64,000 nucleotides of DNA from Solirubrobacteraceae bacterium (GCA_036268195.1 DATAUP010000056.1:2192-66191); one strand, 5' to 3'. Shown: positions 49,701-59,971, counted from the stretch's first letter. The notes: generated from the sequence alone by a model not told the origin. A program made the numbers and translations.

Positions 49701-50540
49701 ATGGCGCGCCGCCGACGGGGCCTGGGGCGCGCGCTCGCTCTTGGAGTGATGCACGGCCCGGCCGAGCTGCTGCCGATCTCGTCGTCGGGACACATCGAGC
49801 TGGTGCCATGGATGCTCGGCTGGAACGGAGTCTCTGCCGACCCGGAGGTGCGTAAGGCCTTCGAGGTGGCGCTGCACGCCGGGACGGCGGCGGCGCTGGT
49901 CGTGATGCTGCGCGAAGAGGTAATCGAGGCCGTGCGCTCGGCGAACGTCGACTCGGTCGCGGTCGTCGCGCTCTCGCTGCTGCCGCCCGTGGCGGTCGGG
50001 TTCGCCCTGGAGCGCCCGATCGAGCGCTTTCTGGGCAAGCCGGGCACGATCACGATCGGGCTCATCGCCGGGGCAGCGGCGATGGCGTGGGGCGATCGCG
50101 AGCCGCAGGAGCGTGAGTTCGACGATGCGACGCCGCTGGACGGCTTGTGGCTGGGGATCGGCCAGGCCTGTGCGCTGTTTCCGGGCATCTCGCGCAACGG
50201 CGCGACGCTGACCGCCGCGCGCCTGCGCCGGTTCACACGAGTCGACGCGGAGCGGCTGTCGCGGCATGTGGCACTGCCGGTTATAGGCGGGGCCACGTTC
50301 CTGAAGTGCCTGCGGCTCTGGCAGCGCGGACTGCCGGAGGACTCGGCGGGTCTGCTTGCGGTCGGCGCGGTCGCGTCCTTCGCATCGACGCTGGGATCGA
50401 CGCCACTGATCGCGCTGGTCGAGCGCGACCGCCCCCTGTGGCCGTTTGCGGCCTACCGGATCGGGCTGGGTTCGCTCGCACTGCGGCAGCTGCGCCGTGA
50501 CGCTCGTACGGTGCCGGCTCGCCCAGTGTCTGCATCCTGA
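49701..50540 (+). CDS. uppP: Undecaprenyl-diphosphate phosphatase
   Basis: ELLPISSSGH, LHAGT, PGISRNGAT, FAAYR. Confidence 0.9.
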   Translation: MARRRRGLGRALALGVMHGPAELLPISSSGHIELVPWMLGWNGVSADPEVRKAFEVALHAGTAAALVVMLREEVIEAVRSANVDSVAVVALSLLPPVAVGFALERPIERFLGKPGTITIGLIAGAAAMAWGDREPQEREFDDATPLDGLWLGIGQACALFPGISRNGATLTAARLRRFTRVDAERLSRHVALPVIGGATFLKCLRLWQRGLPEDSAGLLAVGAVASFASTLGSTPLIALVERDRPLWPFAAYRIGLGSLALRQLRRDARTVPARPVSAS

Positions 50541-50579
50541 AGGCGGCTGCTGAAGGTCCTGAAGCCGGCTGCTGAAGGC
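50536..50579. repeat. 22-bp tandem repeat
   Basis: CCTGAAGGCGGCTGCTGAAGGT followed by CCTGAAGCCGGCTGCTGAAGGC. Confidence 0.75.
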
Positions 50580-50622
50580 GGGCCGCGCTGGGAGGACCTC
50601 CGCACGTCTCGGCAGGCACCTT

Positions 50623-50678
50623 CCAAAAGGCCTTTTTGCGCTATAACGGCGCCGCTATAACGCAAAAAGCACTTTTGG
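50623..50678. repeat. 56-bp imperfect palindrome (REP-like element)
   Basis: Arms CCAAAAGGCCTTTTTGCGCTATAACGGC and GCCGCTATAACGCAAAAAGCACTTTTGG; 24 of 28 positions complementary. Confidence 0.75.
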
Positions 50679-50779
50679 GGGCGGCACTCCGCCCGTGCGG
50701 GACCGGCGTTCCACGCGCGGATGAGTACACGGGATCGGCGCGGGATCAGCAAGCTCGACCTATCAGCCACAATGGACAC

Positions 50780-51874
50780 GTGACCGACGCGTACGCAGCA
50801 GCAGGAGTCGATACCCACCAAGCCGACGAGGGCGTGGCCGCGATCGTCGGCGTGCTGAAGACGATCGAGACCGGGCGCGAGTCCCTGGCGGTGCCGCTGC
50901 CGGGCCACTACGCAAGCGTGATGCGGTTGCCGGGCGCGCTGGCGCCGAACGTCGGGATCGCGCTGGCCACCGACAGCGTCGGCTCGAAGGTGATCGTCGC
51001 CGAGCAGACGGGCCGGTTCGACACGATCGGGATCGACTGCGTGGCGATGAATGTCAACGACCTGATCTGCGTGGGCGCTCAGCCGCTGGCGCTGCTCGAC
51101 TACATCGCCGTCGAGCGGGCCGAGCCGGAGCTGCTCGAGGCGATCGGACGCGGCCTCGCGGTCGGCGCGGCCGACGCCGGCGTCGAGATCCCGGGCGGCG
51201 AGGTCTGCCAGGTGCCCGAGGTGCTCCGCGGCCATCCCTCGCCATACGGATTCGACCTCGTCGGGTCGGCCTTCGGAGTCGTCGAGCTCGACTCGATCAT
51301 CGACGGCAAGACCGTCCGGCCCGGCGACGTCATGATCGGCCTACCCGCTTCAGGGCTCCACTCCAACGGCCTGACGCTCGCGCGGCGCGCCCTGCTCGAC
51401 GACGGCCAGCTGTCGCTCGACGCCCGGCCGGAGCTGCTCGGCGGCCGGTCGGTCGCCGACGTGCTGCTCGAGCCGACCGTGATCTACGTGCGGGCGGTGC
51501 TCGAGTTGATCCGCAGTTCGATCGATGTGCGCGGGCTCGCGCACATCACCGGCGGCGGGCTGATGAACCTGCGCCGGATCGGCAGCGGCGTGGGCTACTC
51601 GATCACCGATCCGTTGCCATCGCCGCCGGTGTTCGAGCTGATCGCCTCCTACGGCGAGGTCTCCGCAGCAGAGATGTGGGAGGTATTCAACATGGGCTGC
51701 GGGTTTGTCGCGATGGTGCCCGCCGATCAGGCCGCTGCCGCGGTCGACCTGCTCTCCGGCTTTCACCCGGGGGCAGCGGTGATCGGCTCGATCACCGCTG
51801 ACACCGAGGTGATCGAGCTCCCGCACATGCGCGTCCGTGCCCCGGCCGGCAGCGACCAGCTGACGCAGCTGTGA
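50780..51874 (+). CDS. purM: Phosphoribosylformylglycinamidine cyclo-ligase
   Basis: YAAAGVD, TDSVGSK, AMNVND, GLHSNG, AHITGGG, FNMGCG. Confidence 0.95.
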   Translation: MTDAYAAAGVDTHQADEGVAAIVGVLKTIETGRESLAVPLPGHYASVMRLPGALAPNVGIALATDSVGSKVIVAEQTGRFDTIGIDCVAMNVNDLICVGAQPLALLDYIAVERAEPELLEAIGRGLAVGAADAGVEIPGGEVCQVPEVLRGHPSPYGFDLVGSAFGVVELDSIIDGKTVRPGDVMIGLPASGLHSNGLTLARRALLDDGQLSLDARPELLGGRSVADVLLEPTVIYVRAVLELIRSSIDVRGLAHITGGGLMNLRRIGSGVGYSITDPLPSPPVFELIASYGEVSAAEMWEVFNMGCGFVAMVPADQAAAAVDLLSGFHPGAAVIGSITADTEVIELPHMRVRAPAGSDQLTQL

Positions 51875-51985
51875 GCGTCGCGGCTGCCCAGTCTGGGTAG
51901 CCCACCGATGAATGCCCCCGCCCTTAGCGGCCTGACAGCCGCGTTGCCTGAACCCTCCGGACTTGTTTCACAATAGGACGAGCAG

Positions 51986-53476
51986 ATGAGCAGCCTGCTC
52001 GGAACCACACTGGGTGGCCGTTATCGACTGGAGTCGCGGATCGGCTCCGGTGGAATGTCGACGGTCTACCGCGCCCACGATGAGACGCTCGAGCGGTTCG
52101 TTGCGATCAAGTTGATGAACCGCGAGATCGCCAGCGACTCCGACCAACTCGAACGCTTCCGGCGCGAGGCTCGCGCGGTGGCGCGGCTGTCGCATCCGAA
52201 CATCGTGCACGTGATCGACGCGGGCGAGGACGACGGCCGCCCCTACATCGTGTTCGAGTGCATCGACGGCGAGACCCTGAAGGAGCGCATCCGGCGACTC
52301 GGTCGGCTGCCGATCCCGGAGGCTGTCGCTTACTCAATCGAGATCGCGCGCGCACTCGGCGCGGCTCACGCCCACCACGTGGTGCACCGTGACGTGAAGC
52401 CGCAGAACGTGCTGATCGATCACGAGGGCACCGCCAAGGTGACCGACTTCGGGATCGCGCGGACACTCGAGGAGGAAGGGCTGACCGCCGACGGCCGCGT
52501 CCTCGGCACAACTGACTACGTCTCTCCTGAGCAGGCACTGGGCCAATACGTCACCGGCCAGTCCGACCTCTACTCCCTCGGCGTCGCGCTGTACGAGATG
52601 CTGACGGGCGAGTTGCCGTACAGCGGCGACAACCAGGTTGTGGTCGCGATGAAGCACGTGCGCGAGGAGATCCCGGACGTGCGGCGGCTGCGGCCGGAAG
52701 TGTCGGCGACTCTGGCTGCCGTTGTCGAGACCGCCACCGCCAAGGACCTCTCCGAGCGCTACGAGGACGACGCCGAGATGATCGCTGACCTCGAAAAGGT
52801 GTTGGCGCTCGAGACGACGCGAGCCGGGTCAGTCGATGGCGAGGTCACAGAGGTGCTGCGGACGCTGCCGCCCGAAACCCGGAAGCAGGTCCCATTCAGC
52901 ATCCGCCGCCGTGGCCGAGCGGCAGCGCTCGGCTTGATCGCGGCCGCGATCGTGGCCGCCGCGATCGTCGTTTTGGCACTGCGGACACATCCCGGCCACG
53001 GACACGGCTCGAAGGGCGGGACGGTGGTGGGAGGGCCAGTCGCGCTCAGCCACGCCTTTGCCTACAACCCGGACGCCTCCGGCAGTAAGACCCAGAACAA
53101 CAACGAGGAGCAGTACGCGGTCGACGGCAGGCTCAACACCGCCTGGACAACCGAGACCTACTACGACGGCTCGCTCAATAAGGCGGGAGTCGGGATCTAC
53201 GTGTCGCCCGCGAGCGCGACAACCGCGACAAAGCTGGTTGTTGACACGGCTACGCACGGTTGGAACGCCACCATCTACGCGACCAACTCACACCCCAACG
53301 CGAGCAGCTTCACGGCCAGCAACTGGACGCCGATCGGAAGCGCCAAGGACGTCGCCGGGAACCAGCCCTTCACGCTCGCCGGCAAGCACAGCTACCGCTA
53401 CTACCTGGTGTGGATCACGGCGCTCCCACCAGGCGGACAACAGGTCTCGATCAACGAGATCCGGCTCTACAAGTAG
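51986..53476 (+). CDS. Transmembrane Ser/Thr protein kinase with extracellular discoidin/galactose-binding-like domain
   Basis: IGSGGM, HRDVKPQN, DFG, SPE; single TM; AVDGRLNTAWTTETY...YRYYLVWIT. Confidence 0.92.
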   Translation: MSSLLGTTLGGRYRLESRIGSGGMSTVYRAHDETLERFVAIKLMNREIASDSDQLERFRREARAVARLSHPNIVHVIDAGEDDGRPYIVFECIDGETLKERIRRLGRLPIPEAVAYSIEIARALGAAHAHHVVHRDVKPQNVLIDHEGTAKVTDFGIARTLEEEGLTADGRVLGTTDYVSPEQALGQYVTGQSDLYSLGVALYEMLTGELPYSGDNQVVVAMKHVREEIPDVRRLRPEVSATLAAVVETATAKDLSERYEDDAEMIADLEKVLALETTRAGSVDGEVTEVLRTLPPETRKQVPFSIRRRGRAAALGLIAAAIVAAAIVVLALRTHPGHGHGSKGGTVVGGPVALSHAFAYNPDASGSKTQNNNEEQYAVDGRLNTAWTTETYYDGSLNKAGVGIYVSPASATTATKLVVDTATHGWNATIYATNSHPNASSFTASNWTPIGSAKDVAGNQPFTLAGKHSYRYYLVWITALPPGGQQVSINEIRLYK

Positions 53477-53492
53477 AGCCGACAAGACGAAG

Positions 53493-53522
53493 CGGGGCGG
53501 GCCCGAAGGCCCGCCCCGTTTT
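53493..53522. terminator. Intrinsic terminator between convergent genes
   Basis: CGGGGCGGGCC-CGAA-GGCCCGCCCCG followed by TTTT. Confidence 0.85.
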
Positions 53523-53547
53523 CAACGCTGGTCAGTAGAGAACGCGC

Positions 53548-55374
53548 TCAGTGCGGGTTCTTGACCGTGAACGAGAGCGAGGTCGCCTTGCCCGTCGTAT
53601 CCGTTGCGGACACGTCGATGGCCTCGGACTTGATCTTGCGCGCCTTGGCCCGGGTCTCGATGCCCTTGCTGACCTTGATACCGCCGGCCTTGATCTGGAA
53701 GGACACGGTCTTCTTGCCGGTCGCGAATGTGATCACAAGGCGACCGCTCTTGATCGCGTAGGTGTACGCGTCGTGCGCGATGACGATGTCCTTCTTCAAC
53801 GCAGCTTTGTTCCAGCTGACGTTCTTCGGCAGCTTGATCGAGAACGACCTCAGGTACCCGGCTGGGCCTGATCCGGCGGCGAGCTTGAACTTGAGCGCCA
53901 CCTTGTCACTCGACAAGCCGGAGAGCGAGCCCCGGGACACCTTCGGAAGTCCCGGCAGAGTGGTGCTCTCTGTCAGCAGCGACTCGTTGATGCCGGCGAG
54001 GGACTGACCAGCAGTGACCTTGACCGCGGTCGCGCCGCCGAGCGTTCCCTTGCCGAGGTAGTACTCGGTTGCGTAGTACTGGCCGTTGTAAGCGCGACCA
54101 CCGACGAACTCGAGGTACCAGGTGCCGGCGGGGACACCGGTGAGCGTATAGGTGCCGTTGGCGTTGGTGAACGCCGACGTCACCACGTTGCCCTGCGAGT
54201 CGAGCAGCTCGACTTGGAGACCGCCGATCTCGGCCCCACCCTGTGCGGCGGTGACTGTGCCGCCGATGGTTGCGGCTGCGCTGAGCACTCCGTTGATGCT
54301 CTGGAGGGTCACCCCACTGGCGACAGTTACCTTGGTGGCCGTCGCCAGCGTGCTACCGCCGTAGAACGAGCTCGCAAGATTTGAGGCGGCCAGACCTTCG
54401 AACTCGACCTGGTAGCTCCCTGGCAGCACGTCACTTGCCGTATAGGTGCCGTCAACGGCGGTTGTTGGAGACACCGGGATCACAGTCCCGGCGGCGTCAT
54501 AGATCTCGACATTGACACCGAACAGAGCTCCGCCAGTCGAATCGGCGACCGTGCCGCTGATGCCACCCACAGCGGGTACGCTGAAACTCGCCGTGGTGGA
54601 GCTGCCCGCACCCACCACATACTGCGTCGCGGAGCCGTAGTCATAGGTGACACCGGTTCCGTCGGCGTAGATGTCGGCGAGATTGAAGGCGGTGCCGGCC
54701 GCTCGGTAGCGGATGGTGTAGCTGTTTGCCGGCAACCCGGTGATCGTGTAAGTGCCGCCCGTGACCGTCGCCGGCACATCGTTGAGCTGCGGATCGGGAT
54801 CGGACGTCGCGTTGACAGGCTCGGCGACGACGTGACTGCTCGTCTCCGAGGCTGAGTTCGCGTCGGTCACCGTACCGCTGATCGTGGCACCGGCAGCGAG
54901 CGTCTCAGTGGCCAGCGCCTGAGCGCCGCCAGTGGCCGGGACTGTCACGACCGTACCCTTGCTGATGTTGTCGACGCCGCCGTCCCCGTAGTAGTCAGGC
55001 GCGACGTTGTCACCGGTGGTGCTGTCGGAGAAGTACACGTAGTACTGCCCCGGATTGACGTTGTTGATCACGTACGTAGCCGCAGTGCTGCTCGTGTCGG
55101 TGATGGTCGCGCCGGTCGGCGCTATGGCATTACCGTTGCGATCGACGAGCAGGACGTTGATGTCCTGGGGATCGTGCGTGCCGCTCGGCACGGTGAACGA
55201 GCCGTTGATCGTCCCCGTGGTCGCCGCCTGCGCTGCGGCGGGCGCAAGTGCGCCGAATGCAAACGCGGCAATGACGGGAGCGAGCACACCCAGTCCCGCA
55301 GCCTTGAATAGTGATGGCGAACGACGGTGCGACGCGCCGTCACCGCCGCCCCGCAGTGACTCTATATCTGACAT
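53548..55374 (-). CDS. Secreted protein with four carboxypeptidase-regulatory-like (prealbumin-fold) repeats and basic C-terminal domain
   Basis: SD GAGGAGG; signal peptide; repeats ISGTVT...GTYTxTG(L/V)PxGxYxxxF...YY...A. Confidence 0.85.
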   Translation of the reverse strand: MSDIESLRGGGDGASHRRSPSLFKAAGLGVLAPVIAAFAFGALAPAAAQAATTGTINGSFTVPSGTHDPQDINVLLVDRNGNAIAPTGATITDTSSTAATYVINNVNPGQYYVYFSDSTTGDNVAPDYYGDGGVDNISKGTVVTVPATGGAQALATETLAAGATISGTVTDANSASETSSHVVAEPVNATSDPDPQLNDVPATVTGGTYTITGLPANSYTIRYRAAGTAFNLADIYADGTGVTYDYGSATQYVVGAGSSTTASFSVPAVGGISGTVADSTGGALFGVNVEIYDAAGTVIPVSPTTAVDGTYTASDVLPGSYQVEFEGLAASNLASSFYGGSTLATATKVTVASGVTLQSINGVLSAAATIGGTVTAAQGGAEIGGLQVELLDSQGNVVTSAFTNANGTYTLTGVPAGTWYLEFVGGRAYNGQYYATEYYLGKGTLGGATAVKVTAGQSLAGINESLLTESTTLPGLPKVSRGSLSGLSSDKVALKFKLAAGSGPAGYLRSFSIKLPKNVSWNKAALKKDIVIAHDAYTYAIKSGRLVITFATGKKTVSFQIKAGGIKVSKGIETRAKARKIKSEAIDVSATDTTGKATSLSFTVKNPH

Positions 55375-55506
55375 GTAGCCTCCTCACCTGTGTAAGCCAG
55401 GTGCCCAGCTGCGCCGTGCCCCGATGTCCTCGGCCCGGCCGGCCGACAAACAGCGATCCGTTTACAAGGTAATAACCACTTACCCGCGCCCGAGTTGCGG
55501 CGAAAC

Positions 55507-56511
55507 TCAGAACGCGTGGGAGCGCTCGCGTCCGTGGCGCTCGAGCGCGAGTCCTACGAGTTGGTCGAGCAGCTCCGGATACGGGATCCCCGACGCTGCG
55601 AACAGGGCGGCATAGACACTCGTCTGCGTGAACCCAGGCATTGTGTTGAGCTCGTTGACGAGCACTCTCTCGCCATCCACGAAGAAGTCAGCCCTTGCGA
55701 GGCCCGTGCAACCGGCGCGCACAAACGCCTCGACGGCGAGCGCCCGCACGCGCTCGCACGCACTGTCGGAGATACGGGCAGGGACGATCAGCTCCATGCC
55801 ACCGGGCGTGTACTTGGCCTCATAGTCGTACCAGGCGGACTCACCGCCGGCCAGCAGGATCTCGCCGGGCACGGAAGCTATCGGCTCGTCGTTGCCAAGC
55901 ACCGAGCACTCCACCTCGATGCCGCCAGCAGCTGCCTCGACGATCACCAGAGGGTCGTGCGTGAAGGCGTCCACAAGCGCCGGGTGCAACTCCTCCGCGG
56001 CCGACACGCGGGCGATCCCGACCGACGACCCGAGCCGCGCCGGCTTTACGAAGACCGGTAACGCCAGCTCCGCCAATCCGCGCACCACAGCGTCTCGATC
56101 GCTCTCCCAATCACGCACTGCGACCGCCCGATACCCGACCTGGGGAATCCCGGCTCCAGCCATCAGCTCCTTGAAGACGACCTTGTCCATGCAGACGGCG
56201 CTGGCAAGCACGCCAGCGCCAACGTAGGGCACGTCGAGCAGCTCGAGCAGGCCCTGCACGGTGCCGTCCTCGCCGAACGGTCCATGCAACACCGGGAAGA
56301 CGAGGTCAATCCCGGGTACGCCCCTTCCCGGCGTCAGCGCCAGTTCGGCACCGTCGGCCCGCCACACGCCGTCGCGCCCGACCTCGACCTCCAGCACCCG
56401 ATGACCGGTCTCACGCAGTCCCGCGGCGACCGACGCCGCCGAGGCAAGCGAAACCTCGTGCTCCGACGACCGGCCGCCGCCGAGCACCGCAATCCGCTGT
56501 GAGCCGCTCAA
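55507..56511 (-). CDS. ddl: D-alanine--D-alanine ligase
   Basis: GGRSSEHEVS, HGPFGEDG, KPARLGSSVG, YDYEAKY, NELNTMPGF. Confidence 0.96.
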   Translation of the reverse strand: MSGSQRIAVLGGGRSSEHEVSLASAASVAAGLRETGHRVLEVEVGRDGVWRADGAELALTPGRGVPGIDLVFPVLHGPFGEDGTVQGLLELLDVPYVGAGVLASAVCMDKVVFKELMAGAGIPQVGYRAVAVRDWESDRDAVVRGLAELALPVFVKPARLGSSVGIARVSAAEELHPALVDAFTHDPLVIVEAAAGGIEVECSVLGNDEPIASVPGEILLAGGESAWYDYEAKYTPGGMELIVPARISDSACERVRALAVEAFVRAGCTGLARADFFVDGERVLVNELNTMPGFTQTSVYAALFAASGIPYPELLDQLVGLALERHGRERSHAF

Positions 56512-58520
56512 GGTGTGGTCGGCGGAACCGTGGTCGTAGCCGTCGTCGTGCTCTGAGTTGCGGGTGTGGTCGTCGGGTTGCTGGTCACGCCGCCGCTCGA
56601 GCCCCCGGAACTCGTCGACGCCGCCTGGCCGACCGTGATCGTCACGCTGGTGCCCTTCTTGACCACGCTGGTTGACGTCGGGAACTGCTTGAGGACGAGC
56701 CCGACGTTGCCGAGGTTATGCACGGTCGTCTGCACCTGGTTCACGTTTAGACCGAGCGAGTTGAGCGTCGCGGCGGCGGCCGAAGGCGTCTCGCCGACGA
56801 CGCGCGGGACCTTCACGGTGGTCGGCGCCTCCGCAACTGTGAGCGTCACCGTGCCGTTGGCCGGCACCGGCTGGCCCGAGTTCGGCGACTGGCTGAGCAC
56901 CGTGCCAGGGTCGGCGGTGGTGGTCGTCTGCTTCGTGATCGTGAGCCTGAACTGGCTGAGGGCGTTCTGGGCGTCGCCGATGTTGTCGCCGACGACGTCG
57001 GGCACGGCCAGCCCCGAGCTGACATAGAGGATCACGCTGGCGCCCTGCGCCAGGCTGGCGCCGCCGGCCGGATCCGTGCGTGTCGCGTCGCCCTGCGTGA
57101 CGCTGGTCGAGGTCTCCATTATCACCCGCGAGATCTTCAGGTGGGCGGCTTTGAGCTGCGCCTCCGCCTGTGCCTCTGGCAGCTGCACGACGGTCGGCAC
57201 GGTGGTGTTGCCCGGGCCGGTGGACACGGTCAGCGTCACGGTCGAACCCTGCTTCACGCGCGCGTCGCCCAGCGGGCTCTGGTAGATGACGATGTTGTTC
57301 GGGTACTTGGAGGTCTCGTAGATCACGTTGGGGGTGAAACCGGCAGCCTCCACACGCTGCTGCGCGGTCGACAGCGCCAGGTTGACGACGGTCGGCATCA
57401 ACGCCTTCTTCGGCCGCGTCAGCACGTAGGCGGCGACACCGCCGCCGATCAGCAGCAGCACGATCAACGCCACGATCCACGGCCAGATCGGTGGCTTGCG
57501 GCGATCGTGGCGATCATCGTCGTCGTAGCGGTCGAGCCGGTCCCCGTTGAAGGCCAAGCCGGCCGAGCCGCCGTAGGCGCCGGCGGCTTCGGACGCGGGT
57601 ACCACGCCCGTCTGCGTGTAGTCGCGCACCGGCACCACCGCGCCGCCGGCGAGCGCGCGCATGCTCGCTGTGATCTCTCCGGCCGGTGCCGCCAGCGCCT
57701 CACGCACCTGCTCGAGCGCAAGGATGAACTGGTCCGCGTCAGCGGGTCGGTCGGCCGGGTCCTTGTTGAGCGCCCACAGCACGACCTGCTCGAGCGCCGA
57801 CGGGATCGCCGGGTTGAACTGGCTCGGCGGGATTGGCGCCTCGGACACCTGCTTGAGCGCGATCGACACGGGCGACTCGCCGTCGAACGGCACCCGGCCG
57901 GTCAGCATCTCGTAGAGCACGATCGCGACCGAGTAGAGGTCTGAAGGCGCGCTGACCGCGTGACCCTGGGCCTGCTCGGGCGACAGATACTGGGCGGTAC
58001 CCATGATCGAGCCGGTCTCGGTCATGTCCGACGCACCTGCGCGAGCGATCCCGAAGTCCGTGACCTTGACGTGATCGTTGTCATCGACGATCACGTTGTG
58101 CGGCTTCAGGTCGCGGTGGATCACACCGCGGCGGTGGGCGAACCGCGCCGCCTTGAGGATCTGGATCGTCAGGTCGATCGCGCGGTTCACCTCAAGCGGC
58201 GCGTCCTCGCGGATCAGCCGCTTGAGCGTGCGACCCTCGAGGTACTCCATCGCGATGTAGTACGTCCCGTCGAAGGTGCCGCGGTCGAAGACGCTGACGA
58301 CATTGGGGTGCTGCAGCGATGCCGCCGCCTTGGCCTCGCGACGGAAGCGCTCGACGAACGCCGCGTCCTCGGCGAAGCGCCGATGCAGCAGCTTGAGAGC
58401 TATCTCGCGGTCGAGCTGCTCGTCCTGGGCCAGGTAGACGTCAGCCATGCCACCGGCTCCCAGCCGGTGAAGCACCTTGTAGCGCCCGTCGATGATGGTC
58501 CCGGCTTCGAACTCGCTCAT
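56508..58520 (-). CDS. pknB: PASTA-domain Ser/Thr kinase PknB
   Basis: Kinase domain HRDLKPHN, DFG, MTETGSIMGT; TM; four PASTA repeats. Confidence 0.96.
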   Translation of the reverse strand: MSEFEAGTIIDGRYKVLHRLGAGGMADVYLAQDEQLDREIALKLLHRRFAEDAAFVERFRREAKAAASLQHPNVVSVFDRGTFDGTYYIAMEYLEGRTLKRLIREDAPLEVNRAIDLTIQILKAARFAHRRGVIHRDLKPHNVIVDDNDHVKVTDFGIARAGASDMTETGSIMGTAQYLSPEQAQGHAVSAPSDLYSVAIVLYEMLTGRVPFDGESPVSIALKQVSEAPIPPSQFNPAIPSALEQVVLWALNKDPADRPADADQFILALEQVREALAAPAGEITASMRALAGGAVVPVRDYTQTGVVPASEAAGAYGGSAGLAFNGDRLDRYDDDDRHDRRKPPIWPWIVALIVLLLIGGGVAAYVLTRPKKALMPTVVNLALSTAQQRVEAAGFTPNVIYETSKYPNNIVIYQSPLGDARVKQGSTVTLTVSTGPGNTTVPTVVQLPEAQAEAQLKAAHLKISRVIMETSTSVTQGDATRTDPAGGASLAQGASVILYVSSGLAVPDVVGDNIGDAQNALSQFRLTITKQTTTTADPGTVLSQSPNSGQPVPANGTVTLTVAEAPTTVKVPRVVGETPSAAAATLNSLGLNVNQVQTTVHNLGNVGLVLKQFPTSTSVVKKGTSVTITVGQAASTSSGGSSGGVTSNPTTTPATQSTTTATTTVPPTTP

Positions 58521-59971
58521 TGATTCTCCGCTAGAAGAGTCTTTATCACTTGTGCGGCGATCGGGGCGGCGTAGGTGCCGCCGTAGCCGTTGGGAATGTC
58601 CGTGAGCTCGACCGCGACGGCGATCTTCGGGTCGTCGAGCGGGAAGCCGACGAACCAGGCGTCGTCGTACGGCACCCCGTCCTTGGTGTACGTGGAAGCG
58701 GTGCCGGTCTTGCCCGCGATGTTAAGTCCCTCCAGGTTGGCGGTCTCGCCCGTCCCCTCCTCGACGACTTTGCGCATCATCTGCTTGAGCTCGTTGGCGA
58801 CGGAGGACTTCATCACCTGGTCGTATTCCTGCGGTGAGACGGTTTGGACCACTTGACCGTCATTGTTGACCACCGAGCTCGCCAGCCGCGGCTCCATCAG
58901 CTTGCCGTCGTTCGCGATCGCGGAGACGACCATCGCCATCTGCAGCGGTGTGACCGTCAGATTCGCCTGGCCGATGGCGGTGCGGCCGAGGTCCACGCAC
59001 GAGTTTGTGACGGGCAGCAGCTCGATCTTCTTGTTCCCTCCGCACGCGCCCGGATAGAACCGCTCTCCGCTTTCGATCATCTGGTTCGCCGGATAATCGA
59101 GCGGAGGTACGGAGTAGAAGCCGAAGCGCTGCATGTACTCCTGCATGAGGCTCCCGCCGAGCTTCAGGCCGAGCGGCGCATAGACGGTGTTGATCGAGTC
59201 CGTGAGCGCCTTGGTCAGCGTGACCTGGCCGTAGCTGTAATTGCTGTCGTTCTCGAGGGAGTGCCCGGAGATCGTGACCGGGGAATCGCCATTGAAGGTC
59301 GAATTCGGCGTGTACTTGCCGCTGTCGAGCGCCGCGGTGGTCGTAACGAGCTTGAACGTCGAGCCGGGTGGCAGCTCGGCCTGGGTCGCATAGTTGACCT
59401 GACTGCAGCCCGGCGTCTTCCCACAGGCTCCGGGATCGTTGTCGTTGTAGGTCGGGTTCGAGTACATGACCTTCACAGCGCCAGTCTGCGGCACGATCGC
59501 GACGACCGATCCGACACGGCCACGCAGCAGCGTCCGCGCCAGCTCTTGGGCCTTTGGGTTGAGGGTCGTGTGCACGTCATTGCCGATGGTCGGGCCGCCG
59601 TTGAAAGAGCCGAACACGCTGGTCAGTGAGTTCTGCTTGCCCTGCAGCTGCGGCGCATACGACCACTCGAGGCCGGCGTGTTGGCCCTGGCTCAAAACGT
59701 TGTACCCGACCGTCTGCGCGAACAGCGTCCCGAGCGGGTACTTGCGGCTCCAAGTGCCGCCGCCGGCGCGGACCGACTCCGCCAGCACCGTGCCGTTGTC
59801 CGCGAGGATGCGGCCTCGCTTGATCTTTTCGGTCGCGTAGAAATTGAGCCTGTTGAGCGAGTCGTTCTGCAGCGCGGTGGCGCTGAACACGGTCCAGCGT
59901 GAGGTCCATGCGATCAGGATCGCGAACAACAGAATCACGACGCCGAACAGGCGAATGATCGATCGGTTCAT
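58517..59971 (-). CDS. pbpA: Class B penicillin-binding protein PbpA
   Basis: GSTFK (SxxK), SIN (SxN), KTG. Confidence 0.93.
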   Translation of the reverse strand: MNRSIIRLFGVVILLFAILIAWTSRWTVFSATALQNDSLNRLNFYATEKIKRGRILADNGTVLAESVRAGGGTWSRKYPLGTLFAQTVGYNVLSQGQHAGLEWSYAPQLQGKQNSLTSVFGSFNGGPTIGNDVHTTLNPKAQELARTLLRGRVGSVVAIVPQTGAVKVMYSNPTYNDNDPGACGKTPGCSQVNYATQAELPPGSTFKLVTTTAALDSGKYTPNSTFNGDSPVTISGHSLENDSNYSYGQVTLTKALTDSINTVYAPLGLKLGGSLMQEYMQRFGFYSVPPLDYPANQMIESGERFYPGACGGNKKIELLPVTNSCVDLGRTAIGQANLTVTPLQMAMVVSAIANDGKLMEPRLASSVVNNDGQVVQTVSPQEYDQVMKSSVANELKQMMRKVVEEGTGETANLEGLNIAGKTGTASTYTKDGVPYDDAWFVGFPLDDPKIAVAVELTDIPNGYGGTYAAPIAAQVIKTLLAENQ

